Part shown: one piece after another, positions 26,601-38,718 of the stretch
Position numbering within the stretch: the first letter of the stretch is position 1
How the letters are laid out: every line of letters starts with the position of its first letter
Assembly (NCBI GenBank): GCA_001179505.1
Contig: CDMY01000248.1
Span: 62,001 to 126,000, forward strand
Reading direction: 5' to 3'
Source: Vitrella brassicaformis CCMP3155
Lineage: Eukaryota; Protista; Chromerida
DNA: 64,000 bases
The notes under the pieces: model-generated
What the model saw: the letters and a program-made list of their open reading frames with translations, nothing else
Database searches by the model: none
What the model was told of the DNA's origin: nothing
Translations under genes and position numbers: made by a program

Positions 26601-28124
26601 ACCCACGCAGCAGCAGCAGCAGCAGCTCTTCGCTCCTAGTGCGTCCTCTCCGTCGTCGGCCAGCCGTCCCTCTCCACCGCTGCTCAGTGTCCCCAAGGGC
26701 ACCAACCGGTCTGCGGCACGGATATCCGTCAACCTACCACCATACAAACCCAATGCTGCTGCTTCTGGGTGAGAAGGGATGCACCCACGGCGGTGGTGGG
26801 ATTGCAGGGTGTCACTGGTGCTCTCGTTTGTCAGGTCTATGTCTGGTTCGTATCGATGTGGTGCCGGCCATGAGGGGAGTTCGAGTGCGTCGGCGGCCGG
26901 TGCGTCGCTGTCTGACATAATGACGACGGCCACATCGACCAAACAGCACAGGTCAGAAGGGCAGCAGGACAACAGGAGCCGCGCACACTCATTTGCTCGC
27001 TGTGTGTCTGCCCTGATTGATATCAGTCGCGTGCCGTCTTTCGAGACTCTGCCGTCCCGCCGCTTCGGCGACCCGTTCCCTCCTTTGCTGCCTACCCACC
27101 ACGCCCCAGAGGACAATGATGACACGATCTCCCTGCCGCCCCGGCCATCACACCCACCGCCTCGCCACACACACGGCAACCAGAGCCCCCATACCGCCCT
27201 TCCTGCTGCTGGTGGTGGTGCAGCCTCATTGGCCAGTCCACTTTACGGCAATGGGTCGCCGGCTGCGGGGCCATTCCCTGTCGCTGTTGATGGTGACGTC
27301 GGGTATGGTGACGTCGGGTCACCCCTCCCGCCCGCGATATTTCCAATGTTCGACTCGGACGAGAACGACACGGCAGCACCACCGCACCCACAGACACACC
27401 CAGCCGGCGACAGCGACATCAGCAGTGGGGGCGCCTATCAGGGCGACAGGTGAGGAGAGAGACACCTAGGACACATAGAGCATTGTCTGTGTTGTCATGT
27501 CATGCGATTGACTTCCGTCAGTGGGTCGAGTTCGTTCCGTGACCTTCAGCTGCGGCTCGAGTGGGAGATGGAGGCAATGCGGCAGCGACAGGAGCGCGAA
27601 ATGGACGAAATGCGACAAAGGTAGGCCATGCTCACGCAACGACAAGGTGGATGAGACGTCATGTGTCTACTTGGTCTCTTGATTGGTGTGGTGTCAGGCT
27701 GGCGGCTCTGAGCGCCGGTCACCAGCAGCAGCAGCAGCCCTCGTCCAGCAGCACATCGGTCCCGCCCCCTCCCACACAGCACCCGCAGCACCAGCACCAG
27801 GGTGGCGAGTGCAGCGTGTGCGCGCCCGCGTCGGTGATGTACATGCCCTGCCGACACCTCCGGGTGTGCCCCAAGTGCTACGACGACAACAAGGCCAGGG
27901 TGGCGCGTGAACTGACCAAAGTGAGGGCCGAGAACGACCGGCGCAAACGGGAGAATGAGGAGCGCATAAGGCAGAATGAGGGCCGCGGCAAGAACAAGCA
28001 GCTGTCGATGGTGAAGCTGCTGGACGAGCCCCATTACGTGTGTGAGCACTGCAACGGCAGGGTGGAGTTCGGCGGATCGGTGGAGGAGGTCATGCAGTGG
28101 GTGGCCAACAACCCACTCACATGA
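23699..28124 (+). CDS. Large multi-exon protein: N-terminal alpha-helical (ARM/HEAT-like) region, low-complexity middle, C-terminal RING-HC-like zinc finger
   Basis: Exon chain starts MSAYIRENRISF and has Leu/Ala-rich helical exons and a K-rich linker. The C-terminus reads CSVC...PCRHLRVCPKC...CEHC. Not all junctions were verified. Confidence 0.65.
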
Positions 28125-28774
28125 CCCAAAGACCGAAGTGGGTGGAGAAGTCAGTCTGTGTGTCGTTGGCGCGGTCGGTAGTGAGGGGAGAGATCTGACG
28201 AGAGGAAGGGAGGGATGACGGGCGAGTGTCTTCAAGTAGCTTTAGAGAGACGTGTGGGTCAAGATCCCATCGCCCACCACGTCTGTATATGTCTGTATTC
28301 GTGTGGCTCTCCATGTCGACGGGGGCTGGGAGGAGGGAGAGAGGGAGGTTTCCGAGTAGCTTTAGCGCGCAGTGGGCCAATCTATCGCTCAACGCGCTTC
28401 TCTATGGATTAATTAGCCGTATGTCTATCTGTATTTGTGTACCTGTCATGCGGCCGAGGGTCCGGTGGGTGCTTTAGCTGCATGTGCACGTTTAAGCCCG
28501 TGTCAGTGGCACGGTCTCTTATTGATGCCCGTGTGCTCGTGTGCGTGTTTGCGACGTGCCTGTGTGACCTGCCTTTATCGGACCGAGTGAGTGCTCGGCA
28601 TGCGGGCACCCATACCCATGCGATGTGAATCGCCTGCCTTTGGATGGCTGGCTGGATGACAAATAGCATTCACTCACATGAATATGAACACTCAGATGTC
28701 TATGTACACGCACACGCACACGAAAGGGGTCCGTCCACGCACACAGTCGGAAGATGAGTCACGGCATGCAGGTG

Positions 28775-28806
<32 letters not shown>

Positions 28807-28982
28807 GGTCACTGCGGTGCCCCACCGGCCAGGCGACCGACAGAGAAAGCAGCTAGCTACCCGGGCAATCCATCGACAACAAGGTAACACCCACCCCCAC
28901 ACACCAGCCCACCAATCCACCGTCCATCAGCCCACCCACCAGCTACAGCGCATCTCTGGCATCCCCCCCCGATAAGCTCCGC

Positions 28983-31900
28983 TCATATCATTCGGCTCAG
29001 GTCCTCCTCTGCACTGAGGTTGCAGCGCTGCATGTGCATGAGCCGCTCCATGCCTGCAGGGTGGGGGTGGTGCGGCGTCGTCCTGACCTTGAGGCGCTCC
29101 ACGCGCCCCCCTCCAGCACACAGACGGCGGTGGTGCACGTGGTGGTCGATGGTGGTGCTGGGGTTCTTGGTGGTGGTGGTGGGCAGGTGTCGGTGGGCCA
29201 TACCAGCGACCAGCCTGCATCCACACACACAATGGGTGAGGCCGACAAACAAATGAGTGCATGTGTCGAGGTGTGCTGTGCTGTGCTGTGCTGTGTTGGT
29301 TTGTGTTGTTACCTCTTGGCAATATCCCCGATGTAGACGGTGGCGAACTTAATGTGGTGTGGGTACGACGGGTTGCCCGTGGCCACGGCGTACACCTCCA
29401 CAAGCGGCGGCGGGCAGGGGATTCCCTCCAGATGAGCCAGGTGGTTGGCGAGCTTCGCCTGCACACACACATACGACACAGCACCACAGTCCATGCCACA
29501 GTGAATTGGCCATCAATGCCCGTGTGTTGTGTGTCGTACCACGTCGGCGATGGGCGTTTGGCGCGGGAGCTTGATGGCAAAGGACGGGCTGAGGTTGATC
29601 ATGAGTGCGCACATGTCAAAGAGGGACTGGAGGGAGGGAACAAACCACACAGGCACAGAGACAGAGAGTCGGGATGTCATCTTTTCTCGGCTCGCCCTTC
29701 CCCTGCTGCAGCTGCACTGCCTTCTCACCATGTCGCCGCTGTTGCCCATCTTGGTGATGTCGTAGTTGCCGTGTGCCCTGTATCCCGGCCCCCAAGGTGG
29801 GTCGAAGTAAACCTGAATGATTCCACACACATGCACACACACACACACAGACATATCAGATGCTGAGCGGGCAGCATTTGTCCATCAAGTGCTGACCACA
29901 TCGAACGCCGGCTTGCCGGGTTTTATCATCCCGCGGGCGATGATGTGGTCCTCCATCTTGTCAGTGCGGGCCAGGAAGCAGTCTTTGTAGATGTACACGT
30001 GGTCGTATCCTGCCCAAACACACACACACACACACACAAAGACACACACACACACACTGGTAAATGGTGTGGACGTCATTCAGGGCATGGACGGTGTTTG
30101 GTGCACACACCGTAGATGTGGTGGAGGTTGTGTATGGCGTTTTCGTAGTGCTCAGGGTTCTTCTCCGACCCCACCACCTCCAGGCCATTGGCGGCGAAGC
30201 CGATGGCATTGCCCGCTGCACACACACAGACACAGACAGACAGACAGACAGAGGTGCTTCCATGTGTGTGTGCATGGGCCTCTCTGTCTGTGTAATGTGC
30301 GGTGTGTACCTCCGCCAGTGCATGCGTCGTATATGTAGGCGTCGGGGATGACGGATGCGATCGACTGGGCCGTGATGTTGGCGATATTCTCCTCGCTCAC
30401 ACTATACCTGAGCGATGGGCAGGCACATCAAGGGAGGACCCAATCAATGGCCCGTGTCATCATGTAGGTGTGTGTGCTGTGTGTTGCTGTGGTGTGTCGG
30501 CCGTTCGCTTACTCCAACTCTTGTGTGCTCATGACAGCCCCCTTCTTGGCGAACATGGGGCCGCGATCCACCGTCACCACACGCAGGTATAGCTCCTGCT
30601 GCAACGCCCCACGAGCCGCCATGATGGCCCTGGGGGCTATGTACGGCCTCGGCGGCTGAGGGCCACACACACAACACATACACAACAGACAGAGAGAGAG
30701 TGAGGGGAGGGAGGGTCACGAGAGGCGCGGTTCGTCCTTTGGCACTTACTGGCGTTGGCGACCTGACCGCAGAGGCGTGGAACTCACTCGAGGTGTGCCG
30801 GTGGTCTCGGCGGGAAGCCTCACGCTTGGCCGATGCTCGCACAGGAGACAAACGGCTGAACACAAAGGTAGCACACCAACCACAGAAACCAATCTGATGT
30901 AAGTGAAATGATATGTATGGCCCCTTTCACCCATCCATCCATCCATCCACCTGTGTGTCGGTGCTTTCGCTTCCTCGGCCTTCTGGTCACCCTCTTCCGC
31001 CCCCCGTGCCCCCTCCCTCCCCTCCCCCGACACCCTCGTGGGGCCCCTATCAACGGTGGCCCCCTCTCCCTTAGTGCCGCGGACCCACTCGCCCTCATAC
31101 TGGGCGGTCACACGGGCGGCCTCACCCCCTGCCGACCCGCAGCAGCTGCCCTCCCACTGCCCCTCATAGGGCGAGCCGTCCGACACGGCACTCCACCGCA
31201 GCGTCGGGAGGCTGCTGGGGCAGAATGGAACCGTGACGTGGCCGTGCAGGCTCTCGGTCACCGCCTCGTCGGAGTGGTTGAAACTCTCCTTGCCTCCTTT
31301 CTCCCTGTCGCTGCCTGCATGCAATGTGTGTGGCACATGAGCATGGTCGACGGTGGGTGTGTACGTTCCTTTGTCGGTTTTTGTGTGACGTACTCGGCTG
31401 GATCATGGTGCCGCTATCGTAGAGGTTGCTCGCCAACACAAACACGCCCTCGACCTCGACCTTGGTGCCGCGGACCCACTCGCCCTCATACTTGGATGTC
31501 GCACGGGCGGCCTCACCCCGTGCCGACCCGCAGCAGCTGCCCTCCCACTGCCCCTCATAGGGCGAGCCGTCAGACACGGCAGTCCACTTCAGCGTTGGGA
31601 GCTTGCCTGGCAGCAATGGCACTGTGGCGTGGCTCTCGGTTGAAGCCTTATCGGCGTGACTGAAACTCTCCTTGCCTGAGTGGCAAATGAGAATGGTGGC
31701 TGGTGGGTGGATGTCTACATTCCTTCGTCGGATTTTGTGCGACGTACTTGGCTGGATCATGATGCTATCGTAGAAGTTGCCCGCGAACACAGACACACCA
31801 TCGGCCGTCCTGGTGCCTGGCATATCGACAAGTGCAGTAAGGCAGCACAGCAACCACGACACAATGACACATGAGGGCGGTGTGCTCGTGGTTGTCGGTC

Positions 31901-32216
31901 GCTTACGATTGTGGTGGATCACAGTGCAGTCAGCCAGCAGGTGGTCGGCTTCAATAAAGGCCGCGGGGGTGTACGCCTTGGGCACCAACGACACGACTAA
32001 CTCGTCCATAATGGAGGTCGGGGCCTCCTGGACGCACTGCAGGCCACACACAGACAGACAGAATGGATGGAGTGGGCACGTGATGAGATACATGGGTCGG
32101 TGGGCGGGGCGGGCTGTTGGTGGGTGCGTTGGTGCGTCGGTGCCCGCAGACGTACCTCTGATGTGCAGTTGCTCTCGTAACGCCCGCACCATCCTACGAA
32201 CCACCTCCACACACGC
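28983..32216 (-). CDS. TGS1-like RNA-cap guanine-N2 methyltransferase with a long N-terminal extension containing a duplicated MORN-like module; 5' end uncertain (may extend to ~32730)
   Basis: YSVSEENIANITA, IYDACTGGGGNAIGFA (SAM motif I), VYFDPPWGPGY and FAIKLPR. The upstream exons splice in phase into the MTase exons. Confidence 0.72.
31060..31790 (-). repeat. Intragenic tandem duplication (~370 bp unit: exon end + intron + exon)
   Basis: Two copies of NxYDSxxIQPS|GTACGTC intron|...KESFxHxD...LPTLxWxAVSDGSPYEGQWEGSCCGSAxGEAARxTxxYEGEWVRGTK. The intron starts are still alignable. Confidence 0.9.
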
Positions 32217-33024
32217 CTGCATGTCAGACAGCAGCACGACAGCATTCCATTGAGGATGGACAGACAGATGAGAATGGACCGCACCCGCCGCATTCTTCCC
32301 TCACTCACGTCAGACGATCCATCCTCCCTCTCCCTAGCTGGCCGATGAGATATCTACTAGGCCTGCAGCAAGCACGCCTGCGACTCGCCTGCGGCACACA
32401 CGCAGAGCATCATATCATGGTCCAGAGGCAAATGCACTGATTTTTGCCATCGTTCTCGGTGTCCTCTTCGCCCCATTGTGTGTGCCCTCCCTTGCATGAT
32501 AGCTATTGCATGCGTACCTTTCGGCCTCGGCGCTCTTTGCCCTCTCTCCCCTCTCCCTCTGCCCTGCTGTGGGGGGCAGTTCTGTGGTCGGCAGTTCTGT
32601 CGTCGACGAGAACGGCCTTGGAGAGCACACACTGTTGCTGTTTTTTGTGACTTTATTCGCCTTTAAGCGAATGTGACGGAGCCCTCGAGCTGCCTTGACG
32701 AAAGGACGTCTTTGACACCAGAGCTCCACTGCAAGATCAAAAGGCGATTAGGGTCAGCAGCGGTTTCATGGCATTTCCCAACAACGGCAGTTAGTTGCAG
32801 CAGTTTGTAACATCCCGCGGTCCAGTCGCTCTGCCTCTATGCTCCGTCATTGCAAGCAAGACAGTTCGGCACCTTTCCCTTTCAAATTCCCTGTCAGCAG
32901 CGGGCGCCTCCTCTTCAGCCTCCTCCTCCTATCCCTCCTGCTGCTGCTGCATTCCTCCCGCATCGACTCAAGCCAGAGGCACAAGGACGGCCACAATGAC
33001 CACAGGAAACTCACCTCGCCAGCG

Positions 33025-33497
33025 ATGGCACTGCAGCAGGCGGCAGAACGGGAGAATGATACCGCATCTGAGCTGGAATCCGACATTGCTGCATCGGACT
33101 CGCCGCCAGAGGAGTTGCGGCAGCCCAAGTTTGACTTTGCCTCGAGTGAGCTGAAGCTGAACCTCCTGAATCTGCTGGGGCCGCTCAAGACGGAGCTGGA
33201 GGCGAGGGAAGCCGACAACAATACCAAGTCCAAGTGCCAAGGTCCTCGAGGGGGGCTATGCGAGGCGGCACAGTGGCATTTGCAATGCGTTCGTGTTGTT
33301 ATCGTGTTGTTTGCAGTGGTCGGTGGCGTGCGTGAGTCGTCCAAGTGGATGATGGATGAGTGTCCCCGCATGAAGGGCGGCGGCCTGCAGCTCGACGGAG
33401 ACACACTCGTCTTTGTCCCTGTGCTCGTCTCAGACGGATGGTGAGAACATGACAGCCGCATTGGTTAAACAAACTTTGTCCGCCAGCGCGTATTCCT

Positions 33498-33531
<34 letters not shown>

Positions 33532-34611
33532 CCTTCCTGCAGGGGCAATCTGCTGGGCCCGTATTGGCAGGCGAGGGCAATGGCACATCTTATGGGCGTC
33601 AACTTCAAGATGGTCTACGGCGCCTGGGACAGCGGCTGGAACGCTCTCGTGTCGGTCCTCTCCTGGCTCATGCAGCAACCGTCCTACTTCCACAACTGGC
33701 AGAGAGGCCCACTCACTGCCGACGACACATGGCTCAACGACCTGCCTAGGGAAGTACACTTCCACACATGTACCCGCAATGTCACTCAGTTCCTGGTGGC
33801 GTGCAAGGGCTGCAGCAACTGGAAGCACTCCCACGGCTGCCGTGGAGGCTGGCAGTGGATATGACCCATCATCCGGCAGGAGTCGCTGCAGACCTTTAGT
33901 GCATGGCGGGAGAAGCGGGGCCTCAGGTCGCCGACGGCCGGCTGGGGCGAGCAGGATGTGGCTGTCCACTTTCGGTGCTCCAAGGACACCCTGCTGGACA
34001 ACCCCTACTACGGCCCCATAGCTTTTTCCTTCTACGACGCCATCCCGCCATCCACCGCCCCGCGGACAATTAACATTGTAGCCAACATCAAGCCTTCAGC
34101 AAATCTGACGGCCGTCATGAAGGACCGCATGCAGCACATGGCCCCCGATGCCAGCGATGCCGAGCAAACTGTTGCCGTCATCACCAAGGCGGAAGCGGCG
34201 TCGGCTGCTCAGCGCCCGATGGACAGGTTCGACAGAGAGCTCGACTCCGACTGCCACACCATCCTGAGAGAGCTGAAGGCGCATTTGGAGAACCGCCTCT
34301 CTGCCGAGGGCTCACAGGTGGAGATAGTGGGTGGCGAGGTGTGGGAGGACTTCATGCGGCTGGTCGAGGCGCCCATCCTGCTAATGGGCGTCAGCTCCTT
34401 CGCCATGATGGCTGCCGTCCTCAACAGGGGGGTCGTGCTCATGCCTGGGGGCACCGTGGACGGGCCGGAGGTTATGGCTGAGGCGTATGATGGATCGCGG
34501 ATGACGTGGTATGTCTCCAAGGCGCCCGTCATGACGCCCAGCGTTGCCAAGGCGGCGAACCTGACACTGGATGACATGCCGGCGATTCTCAAGTGGCTAA
34601 GGGAACACTGA
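33025..34611 (+). pseudogene. GT11/alpha-1,2-fucosyltransferase-like type II membrane protein with an in-frame TGA at 33862-33864; 2 exons
   Basis: TM segment VVIVLFAVVGGV; motifs GW|GNLLGPYWQARAMA, DVAVHFRCSKD and WEDFMRLVEAPILLMGVSSFAMMAA. The frame is continuous across WQWI*PIIRQE. Confidence 0.6.
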
Positions 34612-35086
34612 ATACGTGCGTGCATGTGTCTGTCTGTATGCGATGCGTGTGGGGAGCAGTGAGAATGCAAACATACATTTCCTGCAGTTAATGCATTTCA
34701 CGTGGACACGTGAGTGGGTGCCTGCGTCCTTGTAAATGGATCGGATCAAACAACTTTTCACGCACACACACATATGAGAGAACACTCGTCTGCTGTCCGC
34801 TGTGCTCATCCCACAAGAGCCTATCGTCTCTCTCGGGCACTCAGCCACATCTCTCCATTTCCTTGATCCGTCTCAACACATTCAGCGTCGACTGCCCTCT
34901 CACCATCAGGGCCTCAGCCCGCTCGCTCAGGCAATAGTCAGAGCCCTCGGGGACATCCCGCTGTGTCGATGCAGCAGGAGACGGGCGCTTCTTGGGAGTG
35001 GACTTGCCGCTAGATTGCTCTGGCACACACACGTACACACACATACACAAACGTAGAGAGACGTCCAGGCCTGTGCACAAATGTGG

Positions 35087-36593
35087 TCATGTCTCTTCTT
35101 TACTTTGGATCAGCTCGTGCGCAGCGCTGTCTCTGTCAAGATTTGGCGCCTCTGGGAGAGGCGGCGCGAGCAGCAGCACATCAGGCAGGTCGAATAAGAC
35201 CACGGCCTGCTCCATGCTCAGGAGCCGCAAGTGCTTGAGCGATACCAGCCCTCCCCTGTCTCTCTCCTCGGCCCCCCTCTCCTCCCCCTCCCCCAGGAGT
35301 ATCTCCAGCTGCCGCCGGCCGAGGATGCTCTCATCAAGCATCGTGACGATCCCTCGGGAAAGCAGCCTGAGACGGATGGTGGCCAGCGGGCTGTGCGATG
35401 ATGCCCTGGTGCTCCCTGTGCCCTCATCCATTTCCCTTTTCCCCCTCCGAATGGTGCAGGAGGGGAACGGGGTCGACGGCTGTGTTCCAGCTTCCCGCGC
35501 TGGAATGAATGACCGGGACAGCTCTCGCTGGAAGGTGACGAAGTGGTTGAACAGGGTCTCGCCTTCGACGCAGTGAGCGATACGGCCGCCTCGCGAGCCT
35601 TTCACCGCTTCCTTCAAGTCCTCGATGTCAAATGAATACTTGCTTCTAAGGGCGATCACGTATGCAGGCATCTCTCTCTCCGGCGAAAGCAGCGGGGTCA
35701 GTCCTTTGAGCAGCTGCGATGCGAGGGCGACATTCCACTGGTAGGCTCCAGTCAGCACACCGATGAGGTCGGCGGCATCCCAGCCCCGGTTTCTGTGGGT
35801 GTCTCCCTCCTTCAGCCCCCGCAGGCATGCTGATCGGAACACCAGCTCCACTGTGTCGGAGATGAGCCAATCCTCCCCGGCTTGTGTGAGGTGGAGACAG
35901 CCGATGAGATGGCCTAGGTAGACGCCGTCGGTGCAGAGGCCAGTGAGGACAGGCAGCAGATATGTGGAGAAGAGAACGGTGCGCTTGGGGGGAAGGGCTG
36001 GTGGGGGCGGGTAGGCTCGACGTGGCGGTTTGTTCCTCTGGTGGAGGTCCAGCAGCACTGAAATCAAACAAGAAAGAAAGAAAGATGCGGCCAGCTGCGG
36101 ATTTGCTGGTCTCTTCTTGCTTACGTGTGGTGAAGAGGGCCACTTCTGCCGGCTCGAAGTCGCACCATCTCAGCGCCTTGAGGAGCAGCGTTTTTCTCAT
36201 CAGTGGTGGCGTTGAATGAAATATCTCGGCCAGCACGTCTGGCTGCGGCTTGACGATATCCAACAGCTGTTGGATCTGCCTGTCACCCCATCCCTCCGCA
36301 TGCAGGACAAACGCCAGCCGCAGGGCCTTCTCAACATGAGCTTGGGGAGTGCTGTCGTCTCGCTCCCGCAACGTATCCACCAGCCACTGAGTTTCAAAGA
36401 TCATGCCCACAGAGACAAGCGTGCACAGCGTGAGCAGCCTTCTGTGCCTGCCGCATACTTGGGTCACAGAAGGGTCATCAGGAGGCCAGCGGCCTGTTCG
36501 CTGCCACGTCTGCAGCGTCTTGACAGTCTCCGAGAGCACGGACGACCGCCTGAAGATGCTGCCCAGAATCGTGCTGGTCGCCTTCCCCTCCAT
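35087..36593 (-). CDS. Hypothetical alpha-helical protein; intron 36058-36124 joins two long ORFs
   Basis: ORFs 35646-36734 and 35087-36067 are joined in phase by C|GTAAGC...TTTCAG|TG. The first ATG is at 36593. No motif recognised. Confidence 0.6.
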
Positions 36594-36762
36594 CACTGGA
36601 ATTATTATCCTGCACACAAGACAACTGCGCTCTGGGGGTGACTCTTTTTCCGGTGGGGCCACGCGCAGACTCACCAAATGACGAAAGGGCTCTACCACCT
36701 GCCCCTTTGGCCCTGCAACGCTCGAGAATGACACAGTTTTATGAGACGATCTTTCCCGGCTT

Positions 36763-36782
36763 AGCTCGCAGTCCAGCTCGCA
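36763..36782. promoter_or_regulatory. Paired AGCTCGCA motif in the hypothetical/RRM divergent spacer
   Basis: AGCTCGCA (reverse complement TGCGAGCT) at 36763-36770 and 36775-36782. Confidence 0.5.
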
Positions 36783-36911
36783 GACCGAGGCGCTTCACAA
36801 GTTGTGTTCAACAGACGACGACCCTGAGTGTATCAGACGACGCCTGAGTGTATCGAGTGTTATATCAACCGAAGATCTTGATCTTTCAGCCTTCTTTATG
36901 CGGCGCTAGTG

Positions 36912-38137
36912 ATGCGTCTTCCTGGCGCCTCGCGGTTCAAGTGGGGATGGGTGAAGCCCTACAAGCGGCGCACGGCCTCCCTCTGGCACTTCCCCGAGGT
37001 GAGTCCCCGCACCGGCCAGCCCATCGACTGGATGTACGATACGCCCAAGAGCGGCTACGAGGCCATCAAGGTATGGGGACCGCACACGCTGGAGCTCAAG
37101 GGTATGCCCATGGGCAAGACGCCGGAGTACATGCAGGAGCGCCTCCGCAGATTCTTCAGCAAGTACGGCCACATCCAGCACTGCAGGGCGCTGCCTCACC
37201 CTCTCGACCCCTACCAGTGTGAAGGGACGGCGTACGTCACCTTCCGCAATCGCTATGCGTCGCTCAAGGCCCTTCGTTCCCCTCTGCGTTTCCCCGACAG
37301 CCTGCACAATCACATAGTGCGGATGCGGCATCTCGACACCGACAAGGAGAACGACTGGCAATACATCTACAAGGTGCGGCACTACAACCACCAGATCCTC
37401 TCCATCACGAGGCAGCTCTACGCCAAACTCGCCCATGGCCCATGCCAGCTGAGCAAGGTCGCCGTCGGCCTCTACGAGCATGAGTACCAAGTGGGCAAGG
37501 AGTACAAGCTCGGCAAGCTGGGCGCCAAGCGGACGGCCGACCAGTCCATCATGCACCGCTTCAACAGCTGGGCCGCCTACCTGACCACCGCCCCCTTCTC
37601 GGATCTCTTTGACGTGACGGGCAGCGACGCCGAGCACCCCTCACGGAGATGGGTGCGGCGGAAGATCGTCAGCGAGAGCTATCTGGAGAGGGCTCTGGTC
37701 AAGGCCGACATTGTGCTGTTCCACATGCTGGAAAGGGAGTGCACTGTGCACTGGCGCAAGGGGAAGCCGCCACTGCCTGAGTAAGCAAGCCACACAGTAA
37801 GTAGGACAGGAGGACAGACAGGGATGCATGTGTCGACGGGCTGTGTTGTGTCCGCCGTTGCAACCAGGTACGTCAAGAAGAACATCCTGTTCTGGGACCA
37901 CAAGCCCCCCTTCATCGAGGAGCTGCAGATCTACTCGAGGCCAATCACCTTCTTCAGGCAAGCGGGGCGGGGAAGCGCAAGGCACGGAAGCCGTGATACT
38001 GAGGGTTCACACACCTGCCTATATATCGGTGCTGTCTGTGCTCTATTAGGATATACGACGAGAGTCATCTGTTCAAGCTTCGGCTCAAGCGGGAGAGGAA
38101 CAAGAACAAGAAGGAGAGGCGAGCCGCCGTCAAGTGA
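36912..38137 (+). CDS. Basic RRM-domain protein, probably organellar (mitoribosomal-like); 3 exons, second intron GC-AG
   Basis: RNP2-like LELKGMP, LRRFFSKYGHI and RNP1-like GTAYVTF. Exons 36912-37780, 37868-37957 and 38050-38137 give an open frame ending RAAVK*. Confidence 0.75.
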
Positions 38138-38718
38138 GACAGACCACACAACACATATATACGGATGTCGTCGACGCGTCACCGTCGGTATTTCTTTCTT
38201 CTGTCTGTCTGGGTTTGTGCAGGCAGCAGCGTCAGATCCAGATGCAGCAGCAGGGCGTTACGCCACACGACCCTCTCCCACTTCCCTTTCAGCAGCCAGC
38301 GACGAAGAGTCAGCCAGCAGTGGCTGCTACATGAACTAATGTGCGAGGGAGTGTCTGCCCACCTGTCTGTCTGTGTGTACAGAGAGTGCTTGAGCTGGCT
38401 AGTACGGGCAGCCATGCATGTGCATGTTTTGATGAGCACATGTCTGTCTATCTGCCGATGTGGCGGGTTTTCCCGTCTGTCAGACTTGACACGTACGTTG
38501 GTTGCATCTGAATGAATGTGTTGGCTGCAAGGCCACGTGTTGAGCTCAATCCGTTCGTCCACACGTGTTGCGCACGTACACCCACACGTAGCGATCGATG
38601 ATGACACACATGCATGGCCCCGCCTCCTCGGCTGAAACGCAAGCTGCATTTGGCAAATCCAGCCGCGTCCTCAGACAACACACGGGCATCCAGCGTCGTA
38701 TGCGTGGCCCCCACACAC

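Noticed and set aside
11879-33864. UGA reassigned to Trp, suggested by two internal TGAs
   Set aside because: TGA is the normal stop of several intact genes here (RRM, kinesin, PAN-GH16), Trp is encoded by TGG throughout, and the METTL24-like case is better explained by a frameshift.
34659-34702. Hairpin after the GT11-like gene considered as a SECIS for the in-frame TGA
   Set aside because: The stem is Watson-Crick (GTGA..TCAC) and lacks the non-canonical TGA/GA quartet.
35646-36067. Two long overlapping same-strand ORFs suggesting programmed frameshifting
   Set aside because: A canonical 67-nt intron (36058-36124) joins them in phase.
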